NCBI GenBank assembly: GCA_013265495.1
Contig: MU058781.1
Location: forward strand, 9,963,009-10,027,008
Direction of reading: 5' to 3'
DNA length: 64,000 nucleotides
Source: Vicugna vicugna
Taxonomy: Eukaryota
A program made the translations under genes and the position numbers. Within the stretch, counting starts at the first letter, position 1. Every line of letters begins with the position of its first letter. Of the stretch, positions 1 to 11,900 are shown one piece after another. Under the pieces are notes generated by a model that saw nothing but the letters and a program-made list of their open reading frames with translations, did not search any database and had not been told where the DNA came from.

Positions 1-181
1 AAGAACAGAACTGATGCCATCTCTTTGTATTTCTGCTCTCAGGGTGGCCACCAATTGCCCACCTTTTCTGGTTGCAGTGCAGAGCAGCTTCAGTTTCTCC
101 AAAGTTTACTTACTTGTTGTGTTGCTACCACTCTTGTTATTTCCTGCATTACATGTTTCATTCTATATTTTTTTTCAAGGA

Positions 182-213
<32 letters not shown>
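182..213. repeat. (TG)n microsatellite, one interruption
   Basis: Direct reading. Confidence 0.95.
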
Positions 214-599
214 GCAGGTAGAAAAATTCGGCTCAGTAAGATGAAGAGCCTGAGTCAGTCTCTGCTTGGGTGTTCATGGGTTTGACAAGTAGATGCTAAA
301 ATGGGCCAAAATCCTGGAAAACTATAGAATTCATTACATGTTAAGTCCCTAGTAGATAATAAATGCAGATCAAGTCAGAATCTGAAGGCAAGGCTATCAG
401 CGAGAATTAAAGCCAAGAAATCAGGTCCAAAAAAAATTAGAAAAGGTGGAAAGAGCAAGCAAGGTGAAATTGTGTGGACAAAACAATCCACACAAGTTGG
501 GAATGGAATAGTATTAGCCTTTCCTCTGAGTTTAAAGATACTGAGAATGCGTACTGTTGCTTAGCAAGGGTAGCTACTCACTGAATTCGTGATGCAACT

Positions 600-1200
600 T
601 TTAAAAATCGTTACTGAGTATTTCCCACCTTCAGCATTGTTAAGCACCTTTTTTTGTGACGTATACTCTTTTGGGCTAGTGAGAACATGACAGACAGTGT
701 CACTGCTCACAGGGAGCTGATGATAGAGAATGGTATATAAAGGAGTATGTATAATAACATAGGCTCATGTACTTCAAGTTCAAGTGATTGAACAGAGAGC
801 TCAGGTGAAGAATTTGGTCTTATACAAGGATAGGAAGTCTTCTTCCGCTGTGAAACATGACAAAGGAAAGGGTTGGTGTGGGGAAGCAGAGAGAGTTGGG
901 TTTTCCTAGGTAAGAAACTGATGAGATCACCTACTATGAATGAGAAAGGGTCAAAAAAAATTGGAGGATCTGTGGAGATTGTTAAGGGTTTAAAGGAGCA
1001 AAGAACAGAAAAAAGAGAGATGAGTATAGAAACAGAGGAGTAGTGTCAGATGACTAAGACCAGGTGGGACTGCAAATCACAAATTTACAGTGAACCAGTA
1101 TGGGTTAATTTTGTGGTATTTTTAGCCATTTGCAACCATCCAGATTAGATTCATCCGTGATTGAGGTTGTTGAATGGGTCCAAGTGAAAGAAAATTGAGC
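600..1200 (-). mobile_element. L2 remnant
   Basis: ttactgagta...cattgttaagcac...gacagacagtgtcactgctcacagggagctga followed by a purine-rich tract typical of antisense L2. Confidence 0.45.
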
Positions 1201-2998
1201 AAGATTTGGGGATACCAGACCAGAGATCTAACCAAACTGTTGCAAAATTAAGAGGACACTGTATTGAAACCTTTTGCTCAATACATCTTAACAGTCAGGA
1301 TGATATCTCCAAGACTGAAGAATAACCACCCTACTCAACAATAGCTGGGACGACCTTCCATTAGTCAATTGATACTAATTTTGCTTTGTAGAAAACCATT
1401 TCAATTAGAAATCAAAAGAAAATTGTGTGCAAGATAAACACCTTGAAGGCTTTTTGGTTTCAGCATCTACAAAAATATTTAAAAGAGCTACAAAGTTGGG
1501 TAATTTGAGAAGCAGCTTCCAGACAAAATGTGACTTTTTTAGTGATGAATGTGCTAGGAAATAAGAAAAGTTTAGATGGGATGATGACTTAAACATCACC
1601 TCATTAATGCACAGAGAAATACTTGCCAAGATATTTAGAGAAGAGCTTAAAAAAAGTGTGAACATAATCTGTGGCTGATTGTCTCTTCTCACAAAACATA
1701 TTTTATAACCAAAGCAAACACAAAGAGTGAAAATAATAAATCTGATTTTCTAAGATTTTTGCTTTTGTTAATTACAAGTAGGTAGAAAACAGGTTCTACT
1801 TTGTGTCCCTTCAAGTTAAAATTAAGCACAATGGAACTAAACAGCCACTTAATATGATTACAGATAGAATCTAGCAAAACATTATCAGTCCTGGAGACAA
1901 TGGAGACTAAAGATGTACTATTGTTAATAGATATCTGAAAGAACCTCTCAAGTGGATAATGCAAACCTTGGCAACACTAGTATAGGAGCATCACTTGGAA
2001 CTTTGAGTCACTCTGGTTCTGAAAGTTTCTAAATATGGAGACTGGCAGATTTATTTTTTTTAATATGGTATCTTTCAGCAGGAAGAGATGCCAACAAATC
2101 AAAGCCAAGAACATGTGCTTAAAAACATACAATGTAGCCATCAACTAGCTAGTCAATCTTGAAAAAGACTTTACTTTCTTAGCCTCAATTTCTTCAACTA
2201 TAAATCAAAGAAATGCTACCCAATAATTTGTTGAAGTTTTTTCAGTTCAAATATTATGTTCCTTTAAAGATAGTATTTTGTGGTGTATGCATGTTATCTC
2301 TACACAGTAACTGGTCCAACCTTCCCATAAAAAGAAAATGAATTATTCTGATGATATCTTAAGAGGGTGATCGAACAGGTTTGTGGAGTGGGAAAGGTGA
2401 CCAGAAAACTTAAAACTTAGGTTTGTGTCTGGTAATTCCATCAAATGTTGCTGACAACAGTTTCCATAATGGTAGCATGGGAATTTTCATATACCCTTCC
2501 TGTTGCCGGATCAAGATGCAGTAATGCATACAAAAGAACTTTGATCGAATAGCACAAGATCATAAAGGACTATAAAAGTATAAGAGATTTCTGGTCTGTG
2601 GGGCTTTGATCACATGTCATCATTAACCTTTCCAAGCCATGGAGCTGTGCAGTTGCTTTGTGGTTAAGGGCACAGTATTTATAAGTCCACTAGGAAAATA
2701 TTTAGAAGATTTGTTTGGATTATATGGGTTGTATGTAGAAGATCTGTTAGACCAATTATCCACCCCCCAATTAATCCTTTAATAAAAACAATCCCAGATA
2801 ATATCCCTGAAGCTTTATTTGGATGACCTTATAGGTTGGATAGTCAAATTTATTTAGATGAGAAAATGCACAAGAACATCCAAGGCAGTTTTGAAAAAGA
2901 ACAGTGGTGAAGGCAATGGCAGGGCTGAGGGTAGGGAGAGGTTTGTTCTACATGATAACAAAACATTTTAAAGAATAGACTTGAGAATTCTGTCATTT

Positions 2999-3932
2999 CC
3001 AGACAACCTACAGAATGGGAGAATACATTTGCAAACAATGAAATCGACAAGGGATTAATTTCCAAAGTATACAAACAGCTCATACAGCTCAATTAAAAAC
3101 AACAACAACAACAACAACAACAATAAATAACCCAGTCAAAAGTGGACAGAAGAAAAAAGAAGGGCAGAAGATCTAAATAGACATTTCTCCAAAGAATACA
3201 TATAGATGGTCAACAGGCACATGAAAGAATACTCAATGTTACTAATTATTAGAGAAATACAAATCAAAACTGCAATGAGATGTCACCTCACACCAGTCAG
3301 AATGGCCATCATCAAAAGTCCACAAATGATAAATGCTAGAGAGGGTGTAGAGAAAAGGGAGCCCTCCTACACTGTTAATAGAAATGTAAACTGGTGCAAC
3401 CACTATGGAGAACAGTATGGAGGTTTCTTTAAAAACGAAAAACAGGCTTACCATATGATCCAGCAATCCCACTCCTGGGCATATATCCAGAAAAGATGAA
3501 AACCAACTTGAAAAGATACGTGCACCCCAACATTTATAGCAGCACTATTTACAATAGCCAAGAAATGGAATCAACCTAAATGACAATTGACAAATGAATG
3601 GATAAAAAAGATACGGTGCTTTTATTTTATATATCTATATGTATAATCAAATGAAATACTATTCAGCCATAAAAAAGAATGAAACAATGCCATTTGCAAA
3701 GCATGGATGGACCTAGGGATTATCATAATAAACTACTATTCACAAAAAAGATAAGCAACAAGGATTTACTGTGAATACAGGGAAAATAAAGGTTATCTTA
3801 TAATAACCTATACTGGAAAATAATCTGAAAAAGTGTGTATGTGTATAGATATATATATCTGAATCACTTTACTGTACACCTGAAACTAACAAAACATTGT
3901 AAATCAACTATACTTCAATAAGAGGAAAAAAA
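2999..3932 (+). mobile_element. 5'-truncated young L1 (ORF2 C-terminus + 3'UTR + A tail)
   Basis: ORF 3206-3499 reads [32 protein letters not shown], the L1 ORF2p C-terminus. 15-bp TSD agaattctgtcattt (2984-2998) / agaatcctgtcattt (3933-3947). Confidence 0.95.
3098..3123. repeat. (AAC)n microsatellite inside the L1
   Basis: Direct reading. Confidence 0.9.
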
Positions 3933-6050
3933 AGAATCCTGTCATTTTGGCATAGGAATAGTAAAAAAAGTACTGAGAGAATCTAATTTGCCAATTTACA
4001 ATATTAAAATGGGAAAATTTTGAAATTTCTACAGCGTGGCGTCAATTTACTGTCCTTTATTTCAAAAATTAGAATCCTAACTGACATTCATGGAATTCTA
4101 AATGTGAAAGAACAAATCTATAAAAATCATAGAGTCAGATACAGAACATCCTCACAAACTGGATCCTGGGTTGAGCATATTCTTTATCAAGGTACAAAAT
4201 ACAAAAGCCATAAAGAAAAAATATTTAAATAATAATGAAATGCTAAGTAGAAACTCTGTAAACAAAGTTAAAAGATAACTTGCAGACTCAAAATATTTAT
4301 CCCATATACAACAAATGATTAATATCTAGAATGAAGAAAAAGCTGTTATAAGACATTAGAAAACCAAAAGGAAAAAAGGTAGAGAAAAGAAGGAAGGAAG
4401 CGAAGAAGGAATGAAAGTAGGGTGGGTATGGACAATACTTCACATATGGGGAAGTATAAAAATATCTGTATGTATTATATACATTGATATATTCTTTTAT
4501 GTCTACGTACTGTTTTTACATCTGGTATCTGTTTACATATGTTGCATAAATATTTATAAATGAATATGGCCAGTTGATGAGGACTGATTGATGTTCAGTG
4601 GGCAGAGTGATTGGACCATTGAGAATAAGCAAACAAAACCAAAAGTCAGGGGTTCAAAACTAAAGGTAGGTCTTGTATTGGAAAAAGCATAACCGAGATT
4701 GGAGAGCTGGGTTTAAACAAAGCAAGCTTTGAATATGAGAAGCAGGATGTTGAGAGTTCGGGGCAAACTGACCTTCCAATGTGATGGCACTTTTATACAC
4801 CTAGGCTGAGAGTAGGGTACTTTAAAAAAAAAAAAAGGAGGCATCTTAAACAGATGCCTGTAAACTAAACATGGGGGTAGATTATGACTGACGTTATCAA
4901 TGCTTCATCAATAGCACTCTTGAAGTCCAAGTGTGGGCTGAAACTGCTTTGCACTTTCTAAGGACTTCTGGATGTCAGATGAACATCAAGGGGTTAGGGT
5001 TGAAGTAGTTTTACTCATGTCTCTAGGTTTTGCTGACACCAAAAGATTTTATGAGAGAGACAGAAAAGTCGAATAGGAAAAGTGGCCCTACACGATTTTA
5101 AATTCTCTTCACAGTTGACTTTGTGACATTTTATTCCAGGGAATGCAAAGCCAAATTAAACATAACCAAATCAAAATAAAGTTTCCCGATGATGTGGTTT
5201 GGCTTAATCCAGCATTTAAATATACTCTAGAATTCTGTTTAGGTGACGTGAATTTTAAAAATACAATCTTGTGTCGAGGTGGGCTGTTTCCATCTCCTTT
5301 TCTTCTGTTCTTACACATTTGAAGCTGTATTTACAGGTATTTATGTGAAAATAGCACATTTAATCATTACTTAGCCATGCCCAAGAACAGTTAATAGATT
5401 TTATAGAGCTTGGTGAAGGTCTAAATTTATGTGAAGGGCTCACGGTGGTCTTGAGTACACAGTTTTGTTTTGCTTTAAACATACTTAGATTTCATTATGT
5501 GCCCAATAAACATTTTATTGAGGGTTTCACAGTGTCCGTGGCCATATAGCTATCTTAACAGCCAAAACATCTGTGGGGCTTCAGTCCCTTCAGTCATGTT
5601 AGTTATGGGAAATTGGTTGTTTGGGAACTGGGAGGACAGTCTGCTTAAGGCGGAGGGAAGGTAGCCTGGGGCTGCCCTCTGCTCTCTCTGCCCGAGGTTC
5701 TGTCCCACAGAAAGGTCTGCCCACTCCTGGGAGGTGATGCGCTTTCTCCAGCCCTAAGGGCAGTCTTGGGGCAGGATGGCAGCAGAATATTCCCACCACA
5801 CCATTGCTCTGCCCATCTCAGTACTGAACTCTGTCTTCTGTTTCTCTTCCCGTGTCCTCACATCAACTCTGAACCGAAAGCAGTGAAATACCTTATGCAG
5901 AAAACGGGCGTCGGATGCTTAGAATAAATCACAGACTCTGGAGCTCAGAAGTGAAAGCCTTCTGTGATCTCATCCTGAACTGTCACCCTGCCTTTCCCAC
6001 TGCCCTTCATATCTCTCGGCTCCAGGAGTTCCTTGTGACCTTCTTACTCT

Positions 6051-7013
6051 CTTCCCGCACAGCACTTCTGCTCAGCATCAGTGCTCTGCCTCTCTCCCGC
6101 CCATCGCTGCATATTCTAAATTTTGCCACTCTTCAGGGCCTACCTTGACTTCCACATATTTCTGGAAAAGCCTTCCTCATCCCCTGATCCATCTTCACTG
6201 ATAATACCCTTGGAATATCCTTGATAATAACTCCCTCTGATAATTCATCACCTTCTGTCTTACCTTGTGACATGTCTCATTTGCAAAGTAAATCCTGAAA
6301 AACCAACAAACCAACTTTGTTAAATGATTAAGTGAAGATAGCAACAACCTCCAGGCTTTCTCTGTCTGTTTTATTTGGTTGTGAAGTATGCCCCTGGCTG
6401 AAATGATGGCTTTGATCTCTCTAGGCAATACGAATCAATGAGGGTAAATTCTGAGTCAAGGGGCCACAGGACACTTGAGGGTCGCATTATGGAAACCTGG
6501 TTGGAGCAGGTCCAATCTTTACTGGGGCAAAACTTCCCGCACAGCACTTCTGCTCAGCATCAGTGCTCTGCCTCTCTCCCGCCCATCGCTGCATATTCTA
6601 AATTTTGCCACTCTTCAGGGCCTACCTTGACTTCCACATATTTCTGGAAAAGCCTTCCTCATCCCCTGATCCATCTTCACTGATAATACCCTTGGAATAT
6701 CCTTGATAATAACTCCCTCTGATAATTCATCACCTTCTGTCTTACCTTGTGACATGTCTCATTTGCAAAGTAAATCCTGAAAAACCAACAAACCAACTTT
6801 GTTAAATGATTAAGTGAAGATAGCAACAACCTCCAGGCTTTCTCTGTCTGTTTTATTTGGTTGTGAAGTATGCCCCTGGCTGAAATGATGGCTTTGATCT
6901 CTCTAGGCAATACGAATCAATGAGGGTAAATTCTGAGTCAAGGGGCCACAGGACACTTGAGGGTCGCATTATGGAAACCTGGTTGGAGCAGGTCCAATCT
7001 TTACTGGGGCAAA
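6051..7013. repeat. Head-to-tail tandem duplication, 481-bp unit x2 (period 482)
   Basis: 6051-6531 matches 6533-7013 with no difference seen by eye. Identical 77-aa ORFs at 6195-6428 and 6677-6910. One extra A at junction 6532. Confidence 0.97.
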
Positions 7014-7089
7014 CCCTGAGCTTTAATCTGAAGTAGATGAGGAAGACTGTGGGAAAGTGGGTTTCCATAGCACTGCTCAGTATATTTGT

Positions 7090-7350
7090 CTAGGAGACGC
7101 TCCTCTTTCCCTTGCATTTAATAACAAAACCCTTTTTTATCTGGACATATGGCTACCAGCTAACATATTACGTATCCCTTCATTCCCTGGACTTTCATGT
7201 AGGCCTGTGACTGTTTTGTTCGAAAGATGTAAGTGAAGATTTTGTTTGTGAACTATCCCTAAAGTGTGATTCTTTTGCCCTTTCTTCCCCCTTGCTGTTG
7301 GGCATAAGAAGACTGGACTTCAAACAGCCATCTTGGACCATTAAGAGAGA
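7090..7350. mobile_element. MaLR (MLT1-like) LTR fragment
   Basis: catatggctaccagcta...gcctgtgactgttttg...gatgtaagtgaag...cagccatcttggacca motifs. Confidence 0.5.
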
Positions 7351-8399
7351 GCTGCACTGTAGACCCTGTGGGAGGTGGGGGCAGTTCAGGTACATTGTTG
7401 TGTTCGGGTTTGGGTCACGTGCAGCAGAACTTACTTCTGATATGCTCTGTAGAGCTCGGTTCACTTCTGCAAATTTGAGTTGTGAACTCAGTTCATTCCA
7501 AAACCATAAGAAAATGACGGGTAACAGAACTGTAAGTCCACCGTCTGCATTCTGAGAGATCACGAACAGATCAGACTCTCTGAAACCAAGACCAGAAAAA
7601 AACTGACCTAAGACCAAGACCCCAAGCATGATGCTACTCTGGCCTCTCCCAGTCCTGTTTCCACTGTCATGTCTGGTTTTAAGCTGTGTCACTTCTCATC
7701 TGGATGACTGGAGAAGTCTCTTCCAGTCTGTCCTTGTTCAGTTCTCCCTAATATGTACTGCCTAGTGGAGTTACCTCTTCAAAGTAATGATGTTGAATGT
7801 CCTGCTGTTTGCTAAAAGTGCGGTTTCCCCCCATTGCTGTCTGATGTTTTTGAAGCTACTTACCTGGTAAGGCAGTGCATGCGCTCAAATCAGACTCTTT
7901 CTCTGCTTCTGTTCCTGTGTACTCTTCCTTGTACTACCTGTACTCTATCAGAATTAATCATCTGCTGTGTCTGTGGTGAGCCCAGCAGTGGTTCAGCTCC
8001 TGCACACAGCATTGTCTGTATTACTCCTGATTATTTGTAGTGCTTTCTCACACCATTTGTAAATGGTCTCATTCTCCCCATCCTTAAAGATTCAGCTCAA
8101 ATGCTACCTCATCTTTGACATACTCTTTGATAATAATAGTGCCTCTTAAATTATGAATACAGGAGTTTAATAATAATAATGATTAAGTTTTGAGTAACTA
8201 CTGTTAAGTAGTAAATGGTCTGAAAGTTTACGATACTTGCAAGCTAAAAATTTAACCTATTATCTATCTGGCTGTCTATTCATACATCCACCAACTATAT
8301 GTATCTGGGTCAGAGACAAAGGCCATTTATTACACACAACACAGCAGCAACAAGAGCAAGACTTCTGCGTGGATTCCTTAAGGCTTTGGTTCCCACAGG

Positions 8400-8780
8400 G
8401 TGATGTGATGAGTGCCAGATGTTACTTGTGCATCAAAGGAAAAGGACTCCCAAATTAGGAGACTCCGATTTTCTGTAGGGTGCTAGTGACATGACTATTC
8501 TTTACTCCAGAAACAGAGAGACACCTTACCATTACACTGAAATATGAGCAGATGTCCCCAGAGGAAGAAGGTAAAGGCATCTTTAGGTTTATTACCTTGA
8601 AACGTAAAGATCTCTGGGGAAGGGTAGGGAAGGTCTTTACCTTTATTACCTTGGGACGTCTCCAAAGAGGGGATATCTCTAGGTTTGCTTTATGGAACAT
8701 CTCCTTTTATAATCATTGACTGTAAATGCCTTTTCTCAGAGGGCTTGAAACATGAGATAATCATGGAGAATTGTCTTCCA
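8400..8780. mobile_element. Possible ERV LTR remnant
   Basis: Internal repeat tttattaccttg(aa/gg)acgt at ~8589 and ~8642, with LTR-like composition. Family not identified. Confidence 0.35.
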
Positions 8781-8990
8781 GCAACTACCATGTGTCAGGC
8801 ACATTATATACATTGTCGCCAATCCTAACTATAGCTCTATAATTTAGATATTAGTATTCTGGTTTTGCAGATGAGGGGGCTGGGATTTTGAAAAAGTCAA
8901 ATAACGTACCCAGAGCTACAGAATTACTGAGTAATAGAGTCAGGACTCACCGTGGTCTTTGGGTCTTAAAGTCAACACTCTTTCCATCAC
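8780..8990 (-). mobile_element. MIR SINE
   Basis: ctaccatgtgtcaggcac...ttttgcagatgaggggg...aaataacgtacccagagctaca, the MIR core. Confidence 0.7.
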
Positions 8991-11900
8991 AAAAATCAGT
9001 GCAATACCTCTTGCACTGAAAGCAGTTTTATCATGCTTAATGTAAGTTTATTTTATGGCGTGTATTTTCTATTTTTCCTACTCTCGTGAGGACAGAATCA
9101 TGTCTTACATCCTCTAATGTGCCTAATAAGCTGGATAGCTTGTGATTACTGGATGCCTTATTAGGACCATCTGAATGAAAGAAAATTTGTCGAAATATGT
9201 ATGATGAAAACTTGACATTATACCACCTGAATAATACATGATTGTGGAAAAGAGGTCACATCATAAAATTCAAATGTAGCAGCCTCTTACTTGAAATATT
9301 AATAATGATCTCAACTATTTTTTATTTGGCTGACAGTTTAGCTTGAATGTTTATGAAAATTTGATGTCTAAAGTTTAGAGAAAGTAGCTAGGAGTGGATA
9401 ATAATCAATGAGCAGGAACATGCAGAAACAATGTATGAGTCAACTCACATAAGAACTGATGTCGCAGTATAGGATGTATTGAAAAATGAAACATTCATTT
9501 CATTTTGGAACTAAACAGCTTCCATTTTAACCCAAAATATGCTCTGTGCTGAAGAGTGAAAACTAGTGGTTAACTTACAGACTTTTCCCCCTTCAATGTG
9601 GTTCTGGGGCTGAAGTCTTTTTCTTATAATAGTTTATTCTAAAATACTCATCTTCTATTTACATAGTCCATCTTCTGTCTTCATAATTTATATCACTGGA
9701 ATATGTGTCTGTATGTCTTCCTTGACTGAAACCAGACTGCTCTCCTATCAGAACTTAATGAGCTTCTTAAATAAAAACATTAGAGACTGTCAAACACCTG
9801 TTGCAAATGTTAGTCCCAGCTTTGCCACTTAAATACTCTACTCTACTCAAGTTATTCAGTAGAATAAATAAATTTGGTTGTGTTTCCCCCTTTGTGTCAG
9901 TATTCACTGCTTTCTTTTCCTCCTCTGTCAAGTCTTTTCGTTTTTAAGGCTGTTCCTGCGTTACTACTAAATCCTTATTTTGAATACCTGTCCCTTCATA
10001 AGAAACCTGTATTCCCAACATACATGGACAGACAAACTACATTTATATATTATTTTAATAAGTATGAAAAGTGAGGTTTTAAAGTAAAGGGGATATTTTT
10101 GCCTTTCCTCAAAAAGATCTAACAAGAAAATAGAAATGCGAGTACACATGCGTGGGAGGAAGATGATGTTTCATTCTGCTTTAAACCACTTTGGCAGTTG
10201 TTTTCCTTACATATATGCAGGATATTAAAGTGTTAGCTGTGTGTGTGTGATTTATTGTGAAACCTCTTTACCCAAAAAAGCCCTGCTATTTTAGTAGAGT
10301 TGAATATATTTCCTTGGGGGGAGATTAAATAAAATATGTTAACTCAGTTAAATTTGGAGTCTGATGACAAATGACTAAATGTGTTCAAATTAGGCAGGCA
10401 CAGGAAGTCTGTCCAGCAAAGGACTAAACTGGGAAATAATGTTTAAATGCACGCTGGCGAAATTTTGTGGTTTGCTGCTCTTGAGTTCAGTATGACAATA
10501 TGCCATTAATTTTAAGTAGTAAACTAAAGAAATAAGATTCCTTTATTCTGGCACATGCTCACGACTCAGCTATTCAGCTATACACTAAAGTTCAAATATA
10601 CAGATAAACATGAAATGGAATTAAGATGGGGTAGTGGAATATATTTTAGATTTTACTTTGACATATGACATTAAAAAAGGGAAAGATATCTCACTTAATC
10701 CCAAATTGCATGTCCGAATACACTTGGGGACTACTCAGTTATCATATTCCAATAATGGAACTAAATTACTCTGGAGGTAGGAATACTGTGAATTTTATAC
10801 TAATTATTTTATGTAAAGGGTAATCATAAAGATAGGATTAGGAATTAACAGTTCAGTCAAGTTCAGGCTGGTTGACTTTGGTAGGTAAAGCTAGGAAAAT
10901 AAGGACTGAGACGTAGTTTTAAATGTTTTGCTTAAGATCAAAACTGAAGTTGATGGCATTTGGACATCCCAGCTATACATGTTCCTGGAAGTAATTTAGA
11001 ATTATTAAGATAATGTTCATAATCCCAGAGTAACTTAGCTGAGAGGTTTAAAAGAAAGCCTATTGCTATTAGTGCTAAACTCACAAATATAGGAATAGTT
11101 TTTTTCCATGTTGTGAATTTCAAACCTTAGAAAAGCACATACAGATATAAACAGAGACCTGGAGAACAATACGTGTGCTCCAACATCTTCTTTTCATTTA
11201 ACCCTTGATGCCCAAACAGAGCTATGTTCCTTAGGAAATACCCAGAGCTCCCCTTTCACCCTCAGAACAGAAATTGGGTTCCACTTCTATGTCTCTTCAT
11301 AGAATAACTGTTTCTCCTGAAGGACAATCCATACTTGAGCCCCTCATCCTCATTAAAGGGTGAATCAAACTCAATAAGAACAAAAACCTGGTAACAGTAA
11401 TGTAATCAAATGATTTATCTCTTAATTATTCTTACATTTCCTGTGAAGCCTGTTTGCTTTCCCAATGTCATAAAGCTCAACAAATGATCATCTTATAAGA
11501 TCAATTATATGGTTTTTTTTTTCCTTCTGTAACAGCCAGAATGCATCTCTGGTATGGTGTTTTCTGTTGATTAAATCAACAGAGGAGGTATTTGTATCAC
11601 TAAACCACAGTGGTTTGTCTTTTTTCTTTTTCTTTTTCTTTTGGCAGTTTCTGTGTAAAGCTGTTTCTGATATCTAAAAGAATTATAGCCCAGGATTGAG
11701 GATTCAGGCTATTTAGTTAAGGATGGTTAGGGTTTCTCAGACAATTGGAGTTTAATTTCAAATAACGAACCAAAAGACTTTTAAAGTTGATGTTTTCAGT
11801 GAGGTTGAGTTAGCAGTATTTTCAGATGAAGTTTGCATCACCTTGAAGGAATGATATCTCTAGTTTTTTTGAAAATACACTGTCACACTACAGAAAATGT

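Larger units (their letters stand above)
2830..4450 (+). mobile_element. Old, degraded L1M ORF2 fragment interrupted by the young L1 at 2999-3932
   Basis: Degenerate ORF2-like A-rich sequence on both sides (aaggcagttttgaaaaagaac; tggcataggaatag; acaaaagccataaagaaaaaat; aaacaaagttaaaagataac). Confidence 0.6.

Noticed and set aside
6051..7013. CRISPR-like or satellite array
   Set aside because: Only two long units, no spacers, and the context is eukaryotic.
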